Below, one piece after another: positions 50,030 through 63,854 of a stretch of 64,000 nucleotides of DNA (position 1 is the first letter of the stretch; each line of letters opens with the position of its first letter). Source of the DNA: Callorhinchus milii (taxonomy: Eukaryota); contig NW_024704743.1 of assembly GCF_018977255.1 (NCBI RefSeq), forward strand, positions 114,578,001 through 114,642,000, read 5' to 3'. Made by a program: the position numbers and the translations under genes. Under the pieces are notes generated by a model. The model did no database searches and was not told where the DNA came from. It saw nothing but the letters and a program-made list of their open reading frames with translations.

Positions 50030-50132
50030 TCGCTACTAATGGTTCTTCTTCAGACCGTCGGAAATAGAACGTGATCTTTTCCAAGTCGGACAAGGCAACC
50101 AGGGTGTCTTCCAACATGGCCTGTTCGTCCAT
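50030..50132 (-). CDS. PREX2: PREX2 coding exon (103 nt): [34 protein letters not shown]
   Basis: tattctag|ATGGAC...GCGA|gtatgt, phase 0/1. Matches [13 protein letters not shown]. Confidence 0.95.
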
Positions 50133-50580
50133 CTAGAATATTAGCAAACAGCAAAATCAGACACAGGCTCAATAGGTTAGAGTGGGCAAGAGGCTGCCTA
50201 ACCTATCGTGTTCCTTTTGTATCGTGTACACCATCACATACCAAACTAATGAATGCACATTGATTCCTATCAAGGAATTTTCTTGTAAGCAACCACAGAA
50301 GCCATTTTGCAAGATCCCACAAACAGCTCTGAGGTGAATGATGCAGTTTCTGCCTTCCAGCTCCCTCTGGCCGCCGGCCATTTTATTTAATCTGAGGTGG
50401 GTGATTCTATTTTTGTAAATTTTAGAACAATCAGCGTTCTCTAGACGTTTGGGTCAATCGTCAAAAGGTTCATTTTTGGACGATGGAATTTTTACTGAAA
50501 TTGGTATGTTGAGGGGTGGGAGGGGGCAATTATTTTGGAAAAAAAGATTGCAGCTGGACTTGAAGAAACTGCTTACCTGG

Positions 50581-50599
50581 TGCTGCCACCTGGTGGGCA
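50581..50599 (-). promoter_or_regulatory. Candidate CTCF binding site
   Basis: Minus strand TGCCCACCAGGTGGCAGCA fits the core consensus CCASYAGRKGGCRS. Motif only, no functional data. Confidence 0.5.
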
Positions 50600-52655
50600 A
50601 TACTTTACACCAGCAAATTTAGGGAACACCACCAACTTTAAACCATTCCCTTACAACAATAGGTTATGGTAAAATCTGAAAAGTAAATTCGTATTGAAAG
50701 TGCGGCTTCCCTTTTGGTAAGAATACAAGGACAAAAAAAATATTTAAATTAAGCAACTCTGACTTTTTCTTTAAATGTGGGTGTCCCGGATGGCATGAGC
50801 ATAAGTCCTAAATGCAAGCAGATGCAAAGCACAGCTGGGCAAACAGGGTCACGAATAAGCAGATGGGTGGGGGGTGAATTCTGTTCCACAGGAAAAGTCG
50901 GATTCCACATCAGAGAACGTTTGCATGTCAATGTTATGGTCCTGGTAGCTCTTCTCTTTGTAAATTCAATTTATTCATGGCTTGGGAGGAATACAAGGCA
51001 GACAGACAGCCCTGTATCCATTGTAAAATTCTGACATGTGGGCTTTCACTTTGGGGCTTTCGGGTTGATTTGTGGTTTCCATACGTTGGACTTTTAACAA
51101 TCAGTGCTGTTTTAAGACCTCCCTTTGGAATGCTAAATGCTTCAGAGACATGGTAATCACAGCTCCATTCTGACAGAGTAGAACACCCTGTGATTCGAGT
51201 GCTTAGGATCCAAGGCTGCTATTCTTATTCCAGATACAAGGCTGGTATTTGAAATGATGATTTGCATCTTAAAAAGGCATCGACACTCAAGGTTCAGTTT
51301 GTCATTATCATTTCTCAACCTTGTGTCCACTTTCGTTTTCTATGAGTTTATGCCAACACTGACCTAGGTTGGCAATTCACCAGAACCAACCAAGCCTGTT
51401 ACAGTAAATTGCTGTAAATAATGTGACAAATGTGAGGAACAAATAAGATTGTGTTAATTTTTTGATTATTAGTGTTAGAACTCTGGCAAAAATAATTATT
51501 CAAATGATTTATTAAACTCGGGGACATGATATTGTAAAACACAGAACACGGACATAGCCAGTCTCCCTCCCTCACCTGATAATCCATGGCTCACACAAAC
51601 CGTAATGAAAGAGCTGGGGCAGAGAGCACTTAGTTGAGCTGTGATTCTCACTCTCACTGCTTGCCTTACCTTAGCAAGCAAGCTGTTTGCTCTAGAGATT
51701 GTACAAAGGAAAGGAAATTCTCAGGGGTCCTTTCTGCACACAAGGGAGTTCAAAGGTGAAGTAATGAGAAGAAATGGAGGAACTGGTGCTGAAATTATTG
51801 CACATTTCCTGCAGCAGGTGAATCAAAGCTAACGTTCACAGTAATGGATTAAGGTCCCCTTCTTATTGCTGCAGTCAGATCGCTGTGACCATTAAATGCT
51901 GTAACAATAAGAAAATGGAGTCCAAATCATCCTTTTGAGGAAAATTATAATAATCCTTGCATTTGATAAAGAGCCTTTCAAGTTCCGAAGACGTCTCAAC
52001 ACGATTCACAGGATACACTATAAAATGCAGTGACTGTGGGTTTTGTTGGGGAATGGGGTAATATAATTCTTTATTGAACTTTTCCATATTGGGCATCAAT
52101 GTCAATCTCAGAACGTGTGTAACCTTTTCTGACAAAAACCCAGGCTGACTTACTTGAGCCATTTTTCAATGGAATTAAGAGAAATTGTGAACAAAGCAGG
52201 TTTCACAACACTAATTTAAGATCGGCTGGGACACAAGCAGATAAGCAAATGATTACCACAGATTTTCGTCCCGCTTATAGGTTAAACTGGCCCACAGTGT
52301 AAACCCTGGGGTTTTAATAGATTGTGACCCATGACATATTGAGATCTTGGGAATAAATATCTGGATGAACTACTCTCTTATGCAGCATCCTCCATGATCA
52401 TATTCAGAAACACCTGCAAATCTTACAAGCATTTACAGCTAATGTACATCTTGCTGTGTGCAAACTGGTTACTGACTACCCACAAAAGACGATCAGTCCA
52501 CTTTACTGAATGTATCCTGTGAAGTGCTTTGAGATGTCTCGGTGACATGATAAGGTACTGTATCAAACAGAAGGATTATTATTATCTTAACTCATTCAGA
52601 GGTGTCGCTGGTCAGTGTGCAGCACGATCATTTTCTGAACTGTGTAATATCTTAC

Positions 52656-52873
52656 CAGATTGGGAGAGAGCAACGACTGGAAGTTAAAGAGGATTCCTAC
52701 ACTGGCTATTTGCTCTAGCCACTTCTTACTGGCCTCCTGCGTCTCCATTTCGTATTCCCGATTGGTGTCGTACATCTGGTTCAAAGCAGCCAAAAGCTGT
52801 TCTGAGAAAGTACAAACTGTGGCCACAAGACTCTGGCAAAACACCATGTCCTGCCGGAGCTGAATATCAGTAT
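52656..52873 (-). CDS. PREX2: PREX2 coding exon (218 nt): [73 protein letters not shown]
   Basis: ccctcag|AT...AATCTG|gtaag, phase 1/0. Strong match to the PREX2 motifs DMVFCQxLVATVC and FQSLLSPNL. Confidence 0.96.
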
Positions 52874-53382
52874 CTGAGGGCGGCAAGAGAGATGGAGAGT
52901 ACAAAATGTGAGCAACTTAGCAGAATGGACAAACGTCACTTTTAGTCTTCTGAGAGTAATGCAAATAACCCCGCCTGCCCCCTGTTTAATCATGGCACAA
53001 TGTACTGTACTGGCTTGTTCCAAAATAGGCCAGCCATGACATGATAGTGCAACAAACCAAGAAATACAAGGTTATCGTATTAAGGGAAGAAGTTTGATCA
53101 TTGTAGCTTGTGAAATACTGGAAATGCGTGTTAAAGCATAGCACACTAGGATATCACAAATGAAAAAAATATCTTTTCACAAGCCTCACAATGTTCACAT
53201 AATCTGTTTTCTCATTCAGAATTGTCCCTTCAAAAGGCAAGTTTTATCCACAGTTGACAATTTTTCATTTTAAATCTATGTTCTGGGTCTATTTGTTTCC
53301 TGCGTTCAAAATTAAATAAAATGCAAGTCTACAGCTGAATGCCGAGAGAGAAAGGCTGTTTCAATTTAATTGTTGATGTTAC

Positions 53383-53424
53383 CTGTGTACTCTAGAAGAG
53401 CCAAGAGAACTCGAGTCTTCACCT
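53383..53424 (-). CDS. PREX2: PREX2 coding exon (42 nt): EVKTRVLLALLEYT
   Basis: ttttcag|AGGTG...TACACAG|gtaac, phase 1/1. Matches recalled PREX2 EVKCRLLLALLEYS. Confidence 0.92.
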
Positions 53425-55232
53425 CTGAAAAGAACATAGCAGAAAATTATTGTAAGAGACAACCCAAATCTTTGTAGGCTAGTTTACATAGACTGGTTGA
53501 AAAACTGGTGACGTTTCTCAACAGATTCATTGAAGCAACTTTGCAATTTTCATCCTGTTATATACAGTACTTCATTGCTAAGCAGCAACCTGACAGACCA
53601 CAAGGATCATGAAGTGAATGATAGCACCTTTACATGTACTGTTAAATAGACTGATCACACCGGTTAAGAAACATTTTCCTCTTGAATAAGGCTTCATTGA
53701 TGTTTTTTTCCAGAGAGAGTATGTTTCTGCACTTGTACCACATTTCAATGCTTCTATTTTCAGGGCTCTCTGTGCGTAATTGCCAACAACTTTGTTGCTT
53801 TTCAAATGAGATGGATTCTATTATAGTAATAAGGGCACTGAAAGTAAAATATAATGAATATTTTTCAATGATAACCCTCAACCCAATTGACTTCTGGAAT
53901 GCAATGATGCTCGTGAAAAGATTCAGTGTCACTAGTTTCAGTGCTTTCACTTCTGCATAATTGCACCCAATGCTATATAATGTCAAACATTTTGTGCTCA
54001 ATATTTTACTAAATAACAATGGCAAAGGGTCAAAACAACAATCCAGAGAACAGTTATTCCTAAGTCAACTGAAACTTCATCCTATTGCAAGTTATTGAAG
54101 AATTTACATGATCTCAGTATACATTATTGATGTGTACAATTTTGCAGATATCATTACATTTTAATTGCGCATTGTATAAGGGGTTCAATATTTAAAGGAA
54201 ACCATGCCTGTAAGTTTGCAAATGAAAAATTTTATATCCTTCCAGGAGCACTGGAACAGGAGAGATCCATTCAGACTGTCGAGCCGGTTTTGACATTTTA
54301 TTCCTCAAACCTTATGTTTCACCCTCTCTCCGTCTTTAAATCCTGCCTAAAAGAATACCTATTCAATTGTAATCACCTCATCCCTCCCCCTTGCTTAGTG
54401 TCTGACATATGAAGCACCCCGAGATGTTATCCTATGTGAAGAGCGCTATATAAATGCAAGCTGTCGTTCATCATAAAATCGGTCTTTTACTTAATGGCCG
54501 TTTGTGGGACATTGCTATGCGAAAGTTGGCTGCCACGTTCACCTACAAAATGCACATCACTGTAAAATCCTTTTAAGCACTTTGAGATTTCCTCCCGATG
54601 GTCTGCATCAAATGCAAGGATTATTAACCTGGCAATATTTGAATTCCATTCCCCTGCCTTTTCTCTGGATCCCTGAATGCTGTTATCTCAAATATCTATT
54701 CAGATGCATGGCATTCTTCACAATTAAATATATGCAATTTCCTCCCTCCCCTTATTCAAGCACATCTCAAAACATATCTCTCTGACTGCGCTTAGTCATT
54801 CTTTCCCTACCCACACCCCTCGGCTCCTTATCCTTTTTTGTCAAGCGCTTCAAAATGGTCTTCTGAAGTGAAAGGCGCTGTATAAATGTAAATTGTATTG
54901 TATATTATAAAGAAATTTTTCCTTTCTTTTTGACCTTAAATAGTTTATCTTTCAGCCACTACACCCTGAGGCTTTGCTTTGGAATTCTCTCTCTCAATCA
55001 CGCCGCCTTGCCCCCTCCTTCCCCTCTTTTAGATCACGACTGAAGACCTTCTTCTTTAACCATGTTAACCATCACCTCCTCCCTCCATCTGGCTGGGCGT
55101 CAGGCTCCACCACTGTCAAGCACTCCAAAACGCTGCCCCACAAGTTCTTATAGTTGTTTCTGAAACTGTGGTGTTCAATTTGTTCACATATCAATGGTCT
55201 CATATTGGATGTATATAATTCTTGTTAATATT

Positions 55233-55596
55233 AACAATAATAATCCTTGCATTTGATTTAGCATCTTATCACGTTTTCAAGGCATCTCAAAGCGCTTCAC
55301 AGAGTATACTGTAAAGTGAATTGACTGTATATTTTGTGGGCGAAACGTGGCATCCAATTGCGCACAATAGTGTCCCACAAAAAGTTGTGGATTGAGTGAA
55401 CACCTTTTTTTTAAAAAGGTATTATTACCCCTGGAATAGTGATCCGCCAATTGAGTAACAACCGAGTTCTTACTTGCTGAAAGGTGAACAGAGGTGTTTA
55501 GTAAAGAAACTGCCCAATGTTTCGCCCTGCCCGGAAATCGAACCCAGGTCTCTTGCTTGCAAGGCGAGTGCTCTAACCACTGAGCTACAGGACTCC
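55233..55596 (-). mobile_element. Full-length tRNA-derived SINE
   Basis: Head GGAGTCCTGTAGCTCAGTGGTTAGAGC...GGTTCGATTTCC, body and tail. Confidence 0.92.
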
Positions 55597-56888
55597 TCTG
55601 GTGACTTTAGGTTTCTAATCCTATTAATTAGATTCCTATTAAGGCTATGGCTGCATTGAGTATCATTTAAAAAATTATAAAGATGTAAATTGTATTGTAT
55701 CATTGTATCATGGAGACACGTCATTATTCTCCACATTGTGGTGATCATTCTAGATGTACTTATAATAATAACAATAAGCTTGCATTTGATACAGCACCTC
55801 CTCACATCATTAACACAGCATCCACTGTAAAGTGACGCAGCTGTGTGTATTTTGTGGGTGATTACTCAAGGATTCCAGGAGAGCAGCAGTCTTCAAAAAA
55901 GATGCAAGGAAAGACAAAATCCAGAGTCAGTGAGGCATCAGCAGAGAGATGCCAATCTCCTCATTCTAATCTTTCCCTTTCTAAGGTGCCGTCCCCAAAC
56001 AGCTTCAGGTTAATCTTCTTAATCTCATTTGAGGAGAAAAGGTAGAAAAATAAAATTGTTAAAAGTTTTCAGCTTCAAAGGTATAATTAGGAGTTTGCAT
56101 CCCCTGTTCATGGCTTTTATCTTTGGCTGAGAATGATGAATAACAACAACAATTTGCATTTATATAGCGCCCCTCACACAGGGTAGCGTCTCAGTGACTT
56201 TAGATCAAAGGAACCTGCAGATGCCACAATCCGTCAGCTGTACTAAATCAGTATCTCACAATGGCCAGACTCATCTGCGCAACAATAGCTAACAATAATA
56301 TTTACACTCATGTGAAAGTCCTGCGTAAAGGAAGTGACTTGTGAAGACTATGCTCCATTTCACTGCAAAATGTCACTGCTGGCTCAAGTCACTTTCCTTT
56401 CCCTCTTTATCACGGCCACCTTCTGTTGGAGAGAGGAAGAAAATAAATCTGACTTTGGACTTCCAACATTATTTCATCTGTTTTACGTTAAGAACAGACT
56501 GCTTAGATTTCCTATGCTGCACAAAACGTGATTATATATTCCACAGGGTCAAACCTTATCATGGTCCTAGCCTTAATGCTGTTATTCTAAAATCTAAGAC
56601 CTGTGTGAAAATCAACTTCCACGTAAACAATACAAGGAAGAAACTGAATTTAAGAATTTTGCAACAATTTTTTTATATATCATGAGACCTTAAATCTCAA
56701 AATCTATGTGCCTTGGGATGTCCTCCAGACATGAAAGGCACAACCTAAATGCAATTTATTGCTGTTGAAATATCATGAGTAAATTTCAGATCTCAGTAGG
56801 CCAGGAGAAGATAAAACAACAATCGGGAGGAAAAATAGCCCTCTGAAATATTTCATTAAATCAATAGGCAGTACTTTAGAAAGCTTTC

Positions 56889-57612
56889 AGAAACATAGAA
56901 ACAGGAGTAGGCTATTCAGCCCCTCGAGCCGGTTCTGCCATTTTATAAGATCATGGCTGATTTGTACCTCAAGTCTAATTACCCACCCTTGCCCTATATC
57001 CCTTAATACCCTGACCTACAAATATCTATCTACCTCTACAACAACAACAACAAGATTCCATTTATAGAGCGCCTTTCACGTCGGGAGGATGTCCCAAGGC
57101 GCTGTACAGTTGGGTCAGGACCCGAGCAGGGGGGAAATGGTCAGGGTGAGGGGAGGGAAAGGAGGGAGCGAGGAGGGGGTAGAGAGTCGAGAGGGGAGCT
57201 GAAGGCACGGTCAAAGAGAAAGGTCTTGAGACCGGCCTTGAAGGAGGAAAGGGAGGAAGCGGCGAAGGCACTGGGGGATGGAGTTCCAGAGCCTAGGGGC
57301 TGAGAGGCTGAAGGCCCGGCCACTGATGGTAGGGCAGTTGGGGCGGGGGATGTGGAGCAGACCGGAGCCATGTCTTGAAAATGTGAATGGATCCAGCATC
57401 CACAGCCTTTTGAGGGAGAGAGTTCCAGATTTCCTCTACCCTTTAGGTGAAAAACTGCCTCCTGATTTCACTCCTAAATGAGCTAGCTCTAAATTTAAGA
57501 TGATACCGCCTTGTTCTGGTTTACCCTACCAGAGGAAATAATTTCTCTGTATCTACACTATCGAATCCCTTTATTATTTTAAAAACCTCAATCAGATCAC
57601 CCCTCAACTCAA
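56889..57612 (-). mobile_element. CR1-type LINE 3' fragment split by a young L2 piece (57038-57370)
   Basis: The flanks rejoin as TATCTATCTACCTCT|GTCTTGAAAA, matching the uninterrupted copy at 62540-62712. Confidence 0.88.
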
Positions 57613-58340
57613 GAGAATAGAGATCAAATTTTGAATAACAAATTAACTTTTATTTCAGGGAAAAATAAAAATGTTTCTCTTTTCTGCTTGGCCCAGGCTT
57701 AAGAAATTGTGTTGATATCGGATGTTGCCAATCACTGCAGGTATCCTAAAGAGCAGCTTGAGACAACAGCAACAGCAGGTTTGTGATCAAACTGAATTTT
57801 AAAGGTGCCCTTTTTAACCTTTGGAACCCCACTGATCAACAACAACAACAAATTACATTTGTATAGCGCCTTTCACGTTGGGAGGACGTCCCAAGGCCCT
57901 GGACAGTCAAAGATTTGGATCAAAACTGATGTCAGGGTGCGAATTTTTTACTGTGAGCTGTTAATCTGCACTTGGCTTCACAACACCTTCACAACATCTT
58001 CAAACTTTAAATCCGGGTCAGAGTTTGGGGTCCAATTTGCCATACTCACAAATGAGGAACCCAAGCCTTTCATGAGGACATTTGGCGAATATCGAATTGA
58101 GACATTTGTGACGGGCGCATTGCAAATTCCCCATCAGGAAATATAATAAAATAAATAAAGGCCAGAAAGCAAACAACGTGAAATGAGGGAATACTGAGGC
58201 CATCCTACCGACTTCTTTGTAACCTCTTTGGGTTAAAGTTACCTGCTCAGGGACTTGAAACCCAGCCAGTCACCTGGTTGTCTGGAGACAGAAATGTCAC
58301 GTGGTAAATGTGAATGGTTAAGTCATCTCTCGTTACAAAC

Positions 58341-58469
58341 CTTCAACGAATCTTGCGATTGCCTGTATGAGGTTATGAACGCCATTGGGAAGATTCCATG
58401 GATCTCTTTGCACGTTCAGTCGCAGTTGTGTCGTGCAACTGACCTTCAACTCCATTTCCTGCTGGAACT
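58341..58469 (-). CDS. PREX2: PREX2 coding exon (129 nt): EFQQEMELKVSCTTQLRLNVQRDPWNLPNGVHNLIQAIARFVE
   Basis: ggacag|AG...GAAG|gtttgt, phase 1/1. Matches recalled PREX2 EFQQEMEPKLSC...DPWNLP. Confidence 0.93.
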
Positions 58470-61400
58470 CTGTCCAGGAATAAGAGGGGAGGACATGTAA
58501 GTAACCAGTCGGGCAAGGACCTGCTGCCAGTAATCCGGACTGTGAGTCAGGAGTCAACCTTTTTGTATTTGAATCAGAACTGTATGTTCTTAAAATTTTC
58601 CCCAAAGAATTTTTTCTCCACATGATATAATGTAATCTAGTCTATAATAATATAATATAATACCACTAGCTCCCCATACCCTTCAATATTTTTTCCCCAG
58701 ACTCTGCTTAATAATTGTCATATTCTATTTTTGGTGTCTAGATTCATGTACTATTGAATGATTCTTCAATTCTTATAACCATATATTATGCATTCAATTA
58801 CCTTTCCTTTTTGAAACTGTAACCACACACTCATCTCCAGTGACAAAGCTACATTTGTTTTCTAAAAAACTTTTTCCCCAAAGGAAACCCTAGCTTTCCA
58901 TTTGTTTGCCATTTCCTATTTTTGATGTCTGGATTCATGTGCAATTGAATGATTCTTTGCAGATCCTAAAGGAAGAAAAAATGTAAGACTTTTTTTTTGT
59001 AGTACGCCAAATAAAAAAGTTCCTAGAGAAACAACATTTATTCTTCAAGATGTGAACCTAATACAATTTGATGAGTTGCTAATTGGTGGGTTTGGGATTC
59101 CTTGGTCGTGTGGTTCAATGAGGTGGTTCAGGGTGGGTGAACGTAAAAATAATCCTTGCATTTCATGCAAGCATTTCACATCGGGAGGATGTCTCAAAGC
59201 CCTTCATAGGATTTACTGTAAATTGTGTGCTTTCTAAGTAAACGCGGCAGGCAATTTGCATACAATGTCCCAGTTCGACAATGCTTTATAGACTACAGCA
59301 TGTCTAGCATTTCTTTACAAACAAAATGGCAATGCACTTGATGTGACTAGTCACTGGGCCATTTAGTTTTCTATTTAGATATCTTAAATGAGCAGTACTT
59401 AATTATTCCTGTATTTTCCACATACTTGGTGATATCATCTGTGCACATAAATTGCGAAATGTGAACAGTTTTGTTTTACTGGTTGCATTAGCTGAACGTT
59501 TAAGATTTGTATCTGTATCCGACCTACTGAAAAAATATCTTAGTATATCATGACCCAAGTTAAAAACAGAACAGAAACAGAAAAGGATCAATTTTTATGT
59601 CTCTATTTATTTGCCAACTCATAGTTTCATTCAGACTCTTTGTGTAGGTCAAGTTGCACTAAAAAAGTATACTGCAGATCTGGTTACTGCGAAATTATGA
59701 AATTGTATAGGTGTGTGCAAGTGAACTCTCCAGAAGGCACTTAGAATTTGATGCAACAACTTGCATTATGTCATTATTGCTTACTCTCACCAGTGAGCAA
59801 TAAAGAACTGTGATACCATCAGAGACATGTTTGGCAAAGTTAATACATTTAGGTAAAGGGTTCCCATTGATGGACAATGAATAGAAGGGCTTTGGGGGCC
59901 TCTTATCACATGGTTCCAATTTGCAGCATGATTAAAAGGTACTATAGCTGAGATAGGAAACATCATATGGGCCCCTTACATGCTGGGGAAGATATAGGAA
60001 TGTGCCCATAAATGTTCTGGTCTGAAATGCAGCCGATGCTATTCTGGGACATGTTGCAAGTGACATTTAGACAGACTGGGGGAGGAGGGGGCCTGAAATA
60101 TCAGATTATCTGATTTTTTCTGCCCACCAGGTCTCTCGTGTGATTGCACTGTGGGGGTACAAAACATCTGTAAATGCACCACTGGGCACTGCCAGGAAAA
60201 ATAGCTGTTTTAAGCTGCCACCGACCATCCTCACCAACTCAAAAGTTTCTCAGAAATGCCACAAGCATCCTGCTGCTTGTCCAGCTCTGACCACGCTACC
60301 TGTTAGGGCTTTGGGTTGCAGGATTAATAGGAACCAAAAAGGAAGAATCTCTTCCTCAATGACTTGAACAGCAGCTCATCAAATATACAAAGGGAAGGCA
60401 CTCAAATAATAGAATGAAACCTAAGTGTGCGGTTTATGTGCACTAAAAGAGAAGGCAATGCCTCACATAAATGGATGGGGGGCGGCGGGGGGCAGTGTTA
60501 ACCACAGTTACATTATTGTTGTAAAATCTAATTTGACGTCTAACGACACAGCCTCAAACATCCTCTTTGCTTATATATGTATAATGTGCAAAATAAATAA
60601 ATTGGGGTGTTGAGAATCCAGACATTGCTGTGCAAATAGCAACTTTCAATTTGTGAAAGAAATTGCAGGCTATAAAATGCAATAAACAAAATAGTGAAAG
60701 GTCTGTGACCCCTAGGGTCAGCAAAGCCTGCTTCTCAGTTGGGATTTTGTTTTATCTTTTGTCTGTCTTTTCTAACCTTTCCTTCGACAAGAATGAAAAC
60801 ACTGCCTGAGATTGGGGTTTCCGGTTTGCAAATAGCTTACAAATTTCAATGCTATTGTACGGAAATATACCCATTGTTATTGCTAACGGCAAATTCACAT
60901 ACGAGATGCATAGATGGTACATTTTAAAGTAAATCCTATGAAGGTTGTGAGATGTCCTCCCGAGGTTTAAGGCGCAATAATAAATGCAAGGATTATTATT
61001 AGTAAATACACCTAGTTTATTCCTATAATCATTTTAGTCAACATTATCAAACAATGTGATTGAAGGTTCCTGAGGCCAAATGCATTGAACAATTTTGTAT
61101 CACTGCAATTTTAGAAAATAATATTTTTTTTCTCAACACTTTGCTCCAAGGAGATTGGTGTTTTTCCCTTCATCTACACTGCCATTTTTTCTTGTGTGAG
61201 ACATGAGAGTGATTTTGGCAGTCAGTGGAGGGTATTGCATTGAATGCAATCACAGTTACAATCTTCAGACACTTTATAGCTGTCAGGCTTTGCTTTTTCA
61301 TCTTTAATAATAATCACAATAATGGTAATAATAATCCTTGCATTTGGTACAGCACCTTTCACGTTGGAGGAGGTATCAAAGTGCTTCACAGGATTTACCG

Positions 61401-62539
61401 TGAAGTGTAGTGACTGGGTATTTGTACACAGCAATGTTCCACAAACAACCATGAAGTGAATGCGGGCGGTGGGGGGGGGCGGTTATTGTTGGCTAAGACA
61501 TTCCCTGGCCATTCTGAATGGTGAAGTTTTGAAACCAGTCTCTAATATTGTACTTAAATAAATGCAGGAAACCGGGAAAAATTTCCTTCTCTTTTTGAAT
61601 CTTTTGGATCTTTAACGTCCACATGAGCAGACAGACAGGACCTTGGTTTAACGTCTCATCTGAAGGTCAGCATTTCCAACAATACAAACTTCTGACTTTA
61701 AGCATTTGGCCTTATGGAACACCATCTACTCTGAGCATTTTCTGGTACCAAGCTAGCAGCTAGATGAATGTTGTGAGCCAGAAGTTCAATACAGAGACTT
61801 GCCTTTATAGATCGTGTGAGGAGGAAAGAAAGAGGACAAAGGGGAAGAAAGGGTCAGTACATGCAGTTACATTCAAAGCAAAAAATATTAAATGTACGCT
61901 AGCTTCACCCCAAAGCTGATATACAATATTTATTATTCAGTTTATTATCTCGCTGCTTTAATTTTCTGGTTATGAAAAACATGAATTAGTAATGAAAAAT
62001 CTAAAAAGAAAAGGCCAGTGCTCATTAGCAACAGATGGAAATCAAGCTTGTGGGGAAGCTGTAATAAAATATGATGGCTAATAAAGGAAATAGATTCAGA
62101 ACATGCCAGGTTTGATGATGGGAGATAGGTTATTACCGGTATATAGAGCTAACTTGATACATTAATAAAAGGCATAGGGTCTGGAATGCTTTATAAAACG
62201 TTATTGAAATGCTGGGTTAGGTCGTTATTGGAGGATTCGTGCTGTGTAACTCTATGTGATCACTTGCCAATCTGTCTGTAGCTAGAAACATTTGTAGCAG
62301 CTTTAAACCTCGCTTCAGTAGCAGTCAACTGAACCAAAGTTCAAGCTCTGTCCCTGTCTGTAAATCTTGGGATGTGGGGTTGACCTTTTGGCGGGGAAGA
62401 AAGTCTATCTCACGAATGAGCATTTTTTTTGAATGCATGTGATGCCAAGCTGCACGAGAGTAGTTTGGGCGAGGGACTTAGTTCACACTCCTCACAAGTC
62501 ATTGCTTTGACACCTCATCCTCCATCTCTCTCCCCCAAA

Positions 62540-62712
62540 ATGCTGAAGATCCCTTAAAATTTTCAAGACCGAGGTGGATAGATATTTGTTAGGTCAGGGT
62601 ATCAAGGGATATGGGGCAAGGGCAAATTGGATTGAGATACAGCCATGATCTAATAGAATGGTGGAACAGGCTCGAGAGGCTGAATGACTTTCTCCTGTTC
62701 CTGTGTTCCTAT
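62540..62712 (+). mobile_element. CR1-type LINE 3' end
   Basis: TTTTCAAGACCGAGGTGGATAGATATTTG...CAGCCATGATCT..TAGAATGGTGGAACAGGCTCGAG...TCCTGTTCCTGTGTTCCTAT. Confidence 0.85.
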
Positions 62713-63854
62713 CTGCTAAACCTGCTGCTCCTCACAGTTGCTCTAGTCAGTAACAAGCTCACAACACAGAGATATTCCTCTAATTCTGAACGACATAGTC
62801 CTCTGTTTAACCACCTCATTTTAACAAAGCAAAAAGTGCAGCCCATGTAAGTTTGATAGCACTCTTTTGATAGGATTTCATCAAGACAACGAGGCATTTC
62901 AAAGTATTTGACAGGATTTACTGTGAAGCATAGTGACTGTGTATTTTTAGGTAATTTTTAGTAAATTGTAGCAGCCAATTTGGACTGTCGTTTTGAAACA
63001 GTCTGGAAATAATCTCTTGACAGACCCTTAAATTAACATATTCCCTGTAGCAGTCTGAAATTCCATTTTGATTTAGGATTGTGTGGAAAATTCTTAAACT
63101 CAACTCAATTTGGAAGCCCATTTGTTTTAAGAGAGTTTCTAAATGGAGAATTTTTCAGTTCTGCGCAAAGTTACATTTTTAAGACAGTCTCACACACTGC
63201 GACGAGGTGAAATTTTGGATTTCACACCAGTTAGTCTTTTTGCTGTGTAAACCTGGTGCTGGCTTGCCTGAAGTCTTGGAGTTAATTTTCCCACTGGTTA
63301 TCATGAATCCTTCCAATCACTTCCAGTTAATTCATAAAGTGACAATTACATTATTTGTTGAAAGGATTTTAATTTAATTAGTAGACAAAAGATTAATTCA
63401 CTTTCTGACAATTTTGTGGAACGATGGAAATGTTGAAAAGAGCAAAGGCTCATGTTTAAGGAGTTTGTGAAGTTTTTCTCTTTGAGCTGAATCTGCCTTA
63501 ATAATTCATGCGACGACCGGCTGTGAAGATCCAACTGTTAGCAATAGCTCGGCTGATACCAGAACCGGCAGGACTGCAATTAAGTCCCATTCAAGCCCCA
63601 CAGATCAGCCATGGAAATGACTTACTGATTCGGGAAGACGGACATTTTATGCGAGTCTATTTATCAGTTTGCTCCATTACAGTCAGTGAAGAACAGGAAG
63701 CTTCGTCGACCGCATAAAGGAATACTGAAGTAGCTCAACTTCAGAATAATAAGCACATTGGATTTGCCAAAGGTTTTTAACACAAGCTAACCATTAGCTC
63801 CCCAGCACCGTGCTGGGAAATCTGTGGCTCTCCATAGTTAATCCCAAATGTTAC

